From: a virus
Taxonomy: Duplodnaviria > Heunggongvirae > Uroviricota > Caudoviricetes
DNA length: 39,308 nt
Direction: 5' to 3' (one strand)
IMG/VR virus record: IMGVR_UViG_2703718775_000026
In this document: piece by piece, positions 35,136 through 39,308 of the stretch
Layout of the letters: every line of letters begins with the position of its first letter
Numbering within the stretch: the first letter of the stretch is position 1
Made by a program: the position numbers and the translations under genes
Notes under the pieces: generated by a model
What the model was told of the DNA's origin: nothing
Databases searched by the model: none
The model's input: only the letters and a program-made list of their open reading frames with translations

Positions 35136-35225
35136 GACGCTCCCTTTGTTGGGCCTTTACTGAATTAACGCAAAATGGCGTTTATCGGTCTGTGGATATG
35201 ATAATTCTGTTTATTCAGGAACAGG

Positions 35226-37283
35226 ATGAATATTATGACGTCCAAATGGGTTCAACTATCATCAATGCCCGGAAACTTTACCGTTAAAGTTTCCGGTGGT
35301 ACAGCGGCATTTCTTGAGGCTCCCTTTCCTCCTGCTGAAACGAAAGGAGGAATGACATTTGCTGACTGTCTCATCAGTTTTAATACACAGGATTGCCTGT
35401 GGGTAAGGCCAGTATCCGGTGATCCGAACGTGGAAATTACCGGAGCGGGTATTGGTGCTGTCATTCCGTTAAGTGCTGATGTTGCCGGTACTACTGAACC
35501 GTCAGACTGGGATAATGCAGAAACACATACCCGTCCGGCAGGAAATGAAACGGCTTCCAGCTCCCCTTCCTGGTATTACGTGATTGTTATAGCCGGCCAG
35601 TCCAATGCTTCATCTTATGGTGAAGGGTTGCCCCTTCCGGATTCTTATGATCGTCCTGATCCACGTATTATGCAGCTGGCACGCAGGAATACACAAACCC
35701 CCGGAGGTATTCCCTGCAAATACAATGAAATCATTCCAGCAGATCACTGCCTTCATGATGTTCAGAATATGAGTCTGCTGAACCATCCAAAAGCAGACCT
35801 GAAAAAAGGGCAGTATGGTTGTGTGGGGCAGGGACTTCATATTGCGAAAAAAGTATTACCGGTGATTCCTGCTGATGCCGGGATTTTACTGGTTCCCTGT
35901 GCCCGTGGCGGCTCTGCTTTTACAACCGGCGCAGTTGGCTCATTCGATCCGGCAAGTGGTGCAGCCGAGGCGTCACTACGCTGGGGAGTGGATACCCCAC
36001 TGTATCAGGATCTTGTCAGTCGAACTAAAGCGGCACTTGAGGCGAATCCAAAGAATGTGCTGTTATCTGTCGTATGGATTCAGGGGGAAGGAGACCTTAA
36101 AGCGACCCCGGCCCAGCATGGTGCCCAGTTTACTGCGATGGTGAAAAAATTCCGTGCGGATCTTGGTGCTTTCTCCGGTCAGTGTATTGGTGGTTCATCA
36201 GACAGTGTGCCGTGGTTATGTGGTGACACAACCTATGACTGGAAAGAGAAGAACCCAGCGGCATATGAAACCATTTATAGCGGATATAAAAACCGGGCTT
36301 CCGAGAACATTCACTTTGTTCCACTGATGCACGATGAGTTCGGTAATAAAACCGCGACCAACCTGCCGGAGCACGACCCGGATATCGCTTCTGCCGGGTA
36401 TTATGGTGCGGAATCACGGGGAGATGGCAACTGGACAACAGCATCCAGGGCAACCCATTTTAGCTCCTGGGCGCGCCGTTTTCTGGTCTCAGATCGTTTT
36501 GCATCAGCAATTCTTAAATATGCAGGTCTGACCTCTGCATTTATTGCCGGTGTGGCCCCTGATGGTGAAGCCCTGCCTCAGCCCGCGCCGGGTGGGAAAC
36601 CGGAAGCGCCGACAGGTAGTCAGCCAGGAGGCAGTGAGTCCCCCCATCCGACATCCCCGTCACTCCGTACGCTGCTTTCACTTAAAGCATCAGCAGGAGA
36701 AGCCCCGGCTCAGGGCTGGAAAATTACAGATGGTACAATCCAGCTGACGGACGAAGGTAAAGCGTTGACCGTATCCAAACAAAGCGGAAAAACCTGGGCG
36801 CTTACCCATGGAACTGATGCAGCCGGTGAACTTCTGAAGCATGGTGGTCAGTTGACCTGTAAATTCCGTCTGTCAGGTGAAGTAAAAGAAGGCCAGTTTG
36901 CTCTGGGTATTTACCTCCACACCGATACGGTCCCGGAAGGTGTAACCATGAGTGGTACAGGCACACCGTTCCTGATGGCGTATTATCTCCAGACAACAGG
37001 CGGCCAGTTAAATCTGATGCACCATAAAACAGGGGGGAATACGAAACTGGGATCATTTGGAGCCTACAATAACCAGTGGCATACACTTGTCCTGAAGTTT
37101 ACGGCGGGAAGTGCCCAGGTAACGCCTGTGCTGGATGGCACTCCGGGCCAGGCATTCCAGATGGTGAAAGATGCACTTTCCCCTGCCAAAGATACGCTGA
37201 CACTGACAGATGTCACCAAAGGGGCAACTTATGGCGTGTCTTTTGAGAGCGTTGTCCTTGAGGTTAATACCCCTGCGGCATAA
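35226..37283 (+). CDS. SGNH/GDSL-type esterase (sialate/carbohydrate O-acetylesterase-like) with C-terminal lectin-like domain; cargo protein
   Basis: 685 aa. GQSN nucleophile motif (VIVIAGQSNASSYGEG, nt about 35595-35606), WIQGEGD block and later His/Asp candidates; C-terminal ~200 aa with beta-rich, lectin-like composition. Architecture resembles prophage NanS-p-type esterases. Confidence 0.55.
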   Translation: MNIMTSKWVQLSSMPGNFTVKVSGGTAAFLEAPFPPAETKGGMTFADCLISFNTQDCLWVRPVSGDPNVEITGAGIGAVIPLSADVAGTTEPSDWDNAETHTRPAGNETASSSPSWYYVIVIAGQSNASSYGEGLPLPDSYDRPDPRIMQLARRNTQTPGGIPCKYNEIIPADHCLHDVQNMSLLNHPKADLKKGQYGCVGQGLHIAKKVLPVIPADAGILLVPCARGGSAFTTGAVGSFDPASGAAEASLRWGVDTPLYQDLVSRTKAALEANPKNVLLSVVWIQGEGDLKATPAQHGAQFTAMVKKFRADLGAFSGQCIGGSSDSVPWLCGDTTYDWKEKNPAAYETIYSGYKNRASENIHFVPLMHDEFGNKTATNLPEHDPDIASAGYYGAESRGDGNWTTASRATHFSSWARRFLVSDRFASAILKYAGLTSAFIAGVAPDGEALPQPAPGGKPEAPTGSQPGGSESPHPTSPSLRTLLSLKASAGEAPAQGWKITDGTIQLTDEGKALTVSKQSGKTWALTHGTDAAGELLKHGGQLTCKFRLSGEVKEGQFALGIYLHTDTVPEGVTMSGTGTPFLMAYYLQTTGGQLNLMHHKTGGNTKLGSFGAYNNQWHTLVLKFTAGSAQVTPVLDGTPGQAFQMVKDALSPAKDTLTLTDVTKGATYGVSFESVVLEVNTPAA

Positions 37284-37340
37284 TCGTGACGGCCGGGAAT
37301 TTATCCGGCTGTAACATCAGTTAATAAGAGTGAGGCTTAT

Positions 37341-37520
37341 ATGACATATATAAACGTCTGCCTGCTGTATTTCTGCACGGTGGTTTGTTGTCTGTTGCTT
37401 GTCAGCGGTGGTTATAAAATTATTCGCAATTATTTTCGAAATAAAATTGATGCAGCTGCCGAGGAAAAGATAAAAAGCGGTGCTGTAATGCCGCAGCCGA
37501 AAGACTCCGGTCAGATTTAA
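37341..37520 (+). CDS. Small hydrophobic membrane peptide (59 aa)
   Basis: ATG with GAGTGAGG upstream; MTYINVCLLYFCTVVCCLLLVSGGYKIIRNYFRNK... has an N-terminal TM helix and basic tail. Not in the ORF track (below the length cutoff). Confidence 0.4.
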   Translation: MTYINVCLLYFCTVVCCLLLVSGGYKIIRNYFRNKIDAAAEEKIKSGAVMPQPKDSGQI

Positions 37521-37555
37521 TTTTTTGTGAACCAGAAAAGGAAAGGAGAATATTC

Positions 37556-37801
37556 ATGCCAGAGATTAAAGGCACGGTTACTGAAGAGCTTGTCAAACAG
37601 GCACTTTATTCTGAAGAAGTGAACCGCGTGCTGAAGGCGCAGGTTCGCAAGGATTTTGAGGCACAAATCGACGCATATGTTGATGAAGTGCTGGCCCGAA
37701 TGGTTGGTCGTTCTCCGGCTGAAAACAGCACGGAAAATGAGCCTCAACCCGTAGAGCAACCAGAGCCGGTTCAGCCCGGAACTGACGGTACTATGATGTA
37801 A
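37556..37801 (+). CDS. Hypothetical acidic protein (81 aa)
   Basis: Strong RBS AAAGGAAAGGAGA; helical N-terminus and Pro/Glu-rich C-terminus. Confidence 0.5.
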   Translation: MPEIKGTVTEELVKQALYSEEVNRVLKAQVRKDFEAQIDAYVDEVLARMVGRSPAENSTENEPQPVEQPEPVQPGTDGTMM

Positions 37802-37810
37802 CAATACCGA

Positions 37811-37830
37811 CCGGCAGGTTTCCCTGCCGG
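37811..37830. terminator. Hairpin between convergent small genes (possible bidirectional terminator)
   Basis: CCGGCAGG-TTTC-CCTGCCGG with moderately T-rich flanks on both strands. Confidence 0.35.
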
Positions 37831-37839
37831 GTGAATTTG

Positions 37840-38010
37840 TTAATGCACGTTTTGTGTATTTTCCCTCCGGGGAGAACAGGCAGGACATATCAGCATCCTG
37901 AAACAGGAAGCATTTTTTGGTTTGTATGTCTTGCCATTTTGAGATCGAGAACGGCGATAGATGAGCTGTAAGGGAGTCTTACAGGCAGGGCAAACAGGCT
38001 CTTTATCCAT
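37840..38010 (-). CDS. Small zinc-ribbon protein (two CPAC motifs), 56 aa
   Basis: Minus-strand ATG (MDKEPVCPACKTPLQ...ICPACSPRR...) with AAGGAG 8 nt upstream; inside minus ORF 37840-38034. Confidence 0.45.
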   Translation of the reverse strand: MDKEPVCPACKTPLQLIYRRSRSQNGKTYKPKNASCFRMLICPACSPRRENTQNVH

Positions 38011-38118
38011 GATAAAGATCTCCTTTTTATGCATCTCTGCTTTACAGGAGACCGGGGAATATCATAGGATACGCCACGAGCTCGAAGTAAAGCATTGATG
38101 CAAGTTTTTACAGATTGA

Positions 38119-38156
38119 CCCAGCATAGTTCCAGCTATGCTGGGTTTCCCTTTTAT
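38119..38156 (+). terminator. Rho-independent terminator-like hairpin upstream of com-mom
   Basis: Perfect 10-bp stem CCCAGCATAG / CTATGCTGGG with 6-nt loop, followed by TTTCCCTTTTAT. Confidence 0.55.
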
Positions 38157-38189
38157 GTAGTATCCTGTTGATTTGAAACATACTACATA

Positions 38190-38416
38190 TACGCGCGATC
38201 CTACCTTCACTGTATAAAAAGTCAATAAAATGATCATTTTATGATCGTTTTCACCACCTAACTCTTCGTTTCTTTAAGTAAATAATCACCGCCCTGAATC
38301 ATTGTTGATGACTTTTAAATCTATTTGTTGTATCAATTAAACAAATCGAATCGATCGTTTTTGTCGATCGATTGCATGAGAAAGGCATCAACAACAAAGC
38401 AGGAGGTTATGCGGCC
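38190..38416 (+). promoter_or_regulatory. Putative mom-operon regulatory region with clustered Dam (GATC) sites
   Basis: Five GATC within about 175 bp (about 38197, 38232, 38243, 38353, 38366), arranged as two repeat pairs: TGATCATTTTATGATCGTTTT and ATCGATCGTTTTTGTCGATCGAT. Confidence 0.5.
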
Positions 38417-38617
38417 ATGTATCGAAACATACGGTGCCGACACTGCAATAAGCTACTGGCACGGGCCAGTTTCAGTTATCTGGAAGTAAAATGTCCGCGC
38501 TGTAAAACCCTCAATCAAATCACATCTCCGAGCGCCACAGAGCACCCCACATACACAAGGAAATCCTGTCGTGGGGAACAGAAAGCAAGTCACATCCCGT
38601 ATCATCAGCACGCCTGA
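38417..38617 (+). CDS. com: Com-like zinc-finger translational activator of mom
   Basis: ATG with AGCAGGAGG RBS; [35 protein letters not shown] resembles Mu Com (...IRCKNCNKLL...IEIRCPRCKR...); overlaps the mom start. Confidence 0.7.
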   Translation: MYRNIRCRHCNKLLARASFSYLEVKCPRCKTLNQITSPSATEHPTYTRKSCRGEQKASHIPYHQHA

Positions 38618-39308
38618 ACTTATTCGCTATAACGACAATATCGTTGGTTATGGCTCCCGTGAGTTGCGGGTTGAGACAATAAGTTGCTGGCTGGCCAGAC
38701 TGGTTATCGTCAATAAACATTACAGCCACCGTTTCGTAAATAATTCCTACCTTCATCTGGGTATATTTTCAGAACGGGAACTTGTTGGCGTAATGCAATG
38801 GGGTTACGCCCTTAACCCAAACAGTGGTGCACGCGTCGTAACGGGTACGCAGAACCGAGAATATATGGAGCTTAACCGGCTATGGATGCATGACTGTATG
38901 CCGAGAAACTCCGAATCAAGGGCAATCAGTTACGCGCTCAAGCTAATCAGGCAGCTTTATCCGCAGGTACAGTGGGTTCAGTCGTTTGCAGATGAGCGTT
39001 GTGGCTGTCTTGGTGTCGTGTATCAGGCAAGCAATTTTGATTATGTAGGCAGCCATGAATCAACATTCTATGAACTTGATGGCGAGTGGTATCACGAGAT
39101 TTGCAGGAGTGCCATTAAACGAGGCGGACAACGAGGTGAACATCTGAGGGCTAATATCGACAGAGCCAGTGTGCATAAGTTCCGACAGTTTCGTTACATC
39201 CGGTTTCTGAACAAGAGGGCCAGAAAACGCCTCAACACAAAGCTATTCAAAGTCCAGCCTTACCCAAAACCACAAACAGTTAAAACTGGTTTGAAAGAGA
39301 GTGAATGA
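38571..39308 (+). CDS. mom: Mom-like DNA modification protein (adenine modification, anti-restriction); start uncertain
   Basis: 245-aa ORF overlapping the com 3' end, stop at window end; position downstream of gin and com as in Mu. Confidence 0.65.
   Translation: MGNRKQVTSRIISTPELIRYNDNIVGYGSRELRVETISCWLARLVIVNKHYSHRFVNNSYLHLGIFSERELVGVMQWGYALNPNSGARVVTGTQNREYMELNRLWMHDCMPRNSESRAISYALKLIRQLYPQVQWVQSFADERCGCLGVVYQASNFDYVGSHESTFYELDGEWYHEICRSAIKRGGQRGEHLRANIDRASVHKFRQFRYIRFLNKRARKRLNTKLFKVQPYPKPQTVKTGLKESE

Larger units (their letters stand above)
322..39308 (+). mobile_element. Mu-like transposable prophage (left end through mom; right end outside window)
   Basis: Mu-like gene order c(-), ner, A, B, gam, gemA, Mor/C, lys, terminase, portal, F, G, I, T, L, M, tape measure, N, P, Q, baseplate genes, S, invertible segment, gin, com, mom. 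Begins with 5'-TG at the junction with a truncated host gene. Confidence 0.9.

Noticed and set aside
37890-38237. 115-aa minus-strand ORF in the AT-rich region upstream of com
   Set aside because: AT-rich, low-complexity translation spanning the terminator hairpin and GATC regulatory region; only the short CPAC-motif ORF (37840-38010) with a strong RBS was kept.
1-39308. CRISPR array, rRNA or integrase-type attachment sites
   Set aside because: No regularly spaced direct repeats with unique spacers, no rRNA-like conserved stretches and no tyrosine integrase gene were seen; the mobile element is a transposable phage.

Overview
The window is almost entirely a Mu-like transposable prophage, read left to right from its left end to mom; the right end lies beyond the window. 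Layout: a 3' fragment of a host FGGY sugar-kinase gene (fucK-like, 1-321, minus strand) abuts the phage left end (about 322, 5'-TGTAACC...). Then come the c repressor (minus), ner, A transposase (DDE) and B (Walker A), followed by a roughly 6 kb early operon of small overlapping ORFs that includes gam and gemA. A strong intrinsic terminator precedes a single Mor/C-family activator, then a lysis cassette (SAR-type lysozyme and overlapping spanins), terminase, portal and head genes, and the sheath, tube, chaperone, tape-measure and baseplate genes. The tail-fibre gene S carries a roughly 1.4 kb Gin-invertible segment bounded by gix-like sites, followed by gin. Between gin and com-mom sits a roughly 3.2 kb cargo block that Mu itself lacks at this position (from memory of the Mu map): a 685-aa SGNH/GDSL-esterase plus lectin-like protein and three small genes. 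This cargo block is the best candidate for undescribed biology here; the asymmetric invertible segment, a tRNA-like structured element between the F-like and G-like genes, and the apparent absence of a second Mor/C paralog are also worth a second look. No rRNA, canonical tRNA or CRISPR array was found. All homology statements rest on reading the supplied translations and recalling protein families, not on database searches; coordinates of hand-mapped motifs may be off by a few bases.
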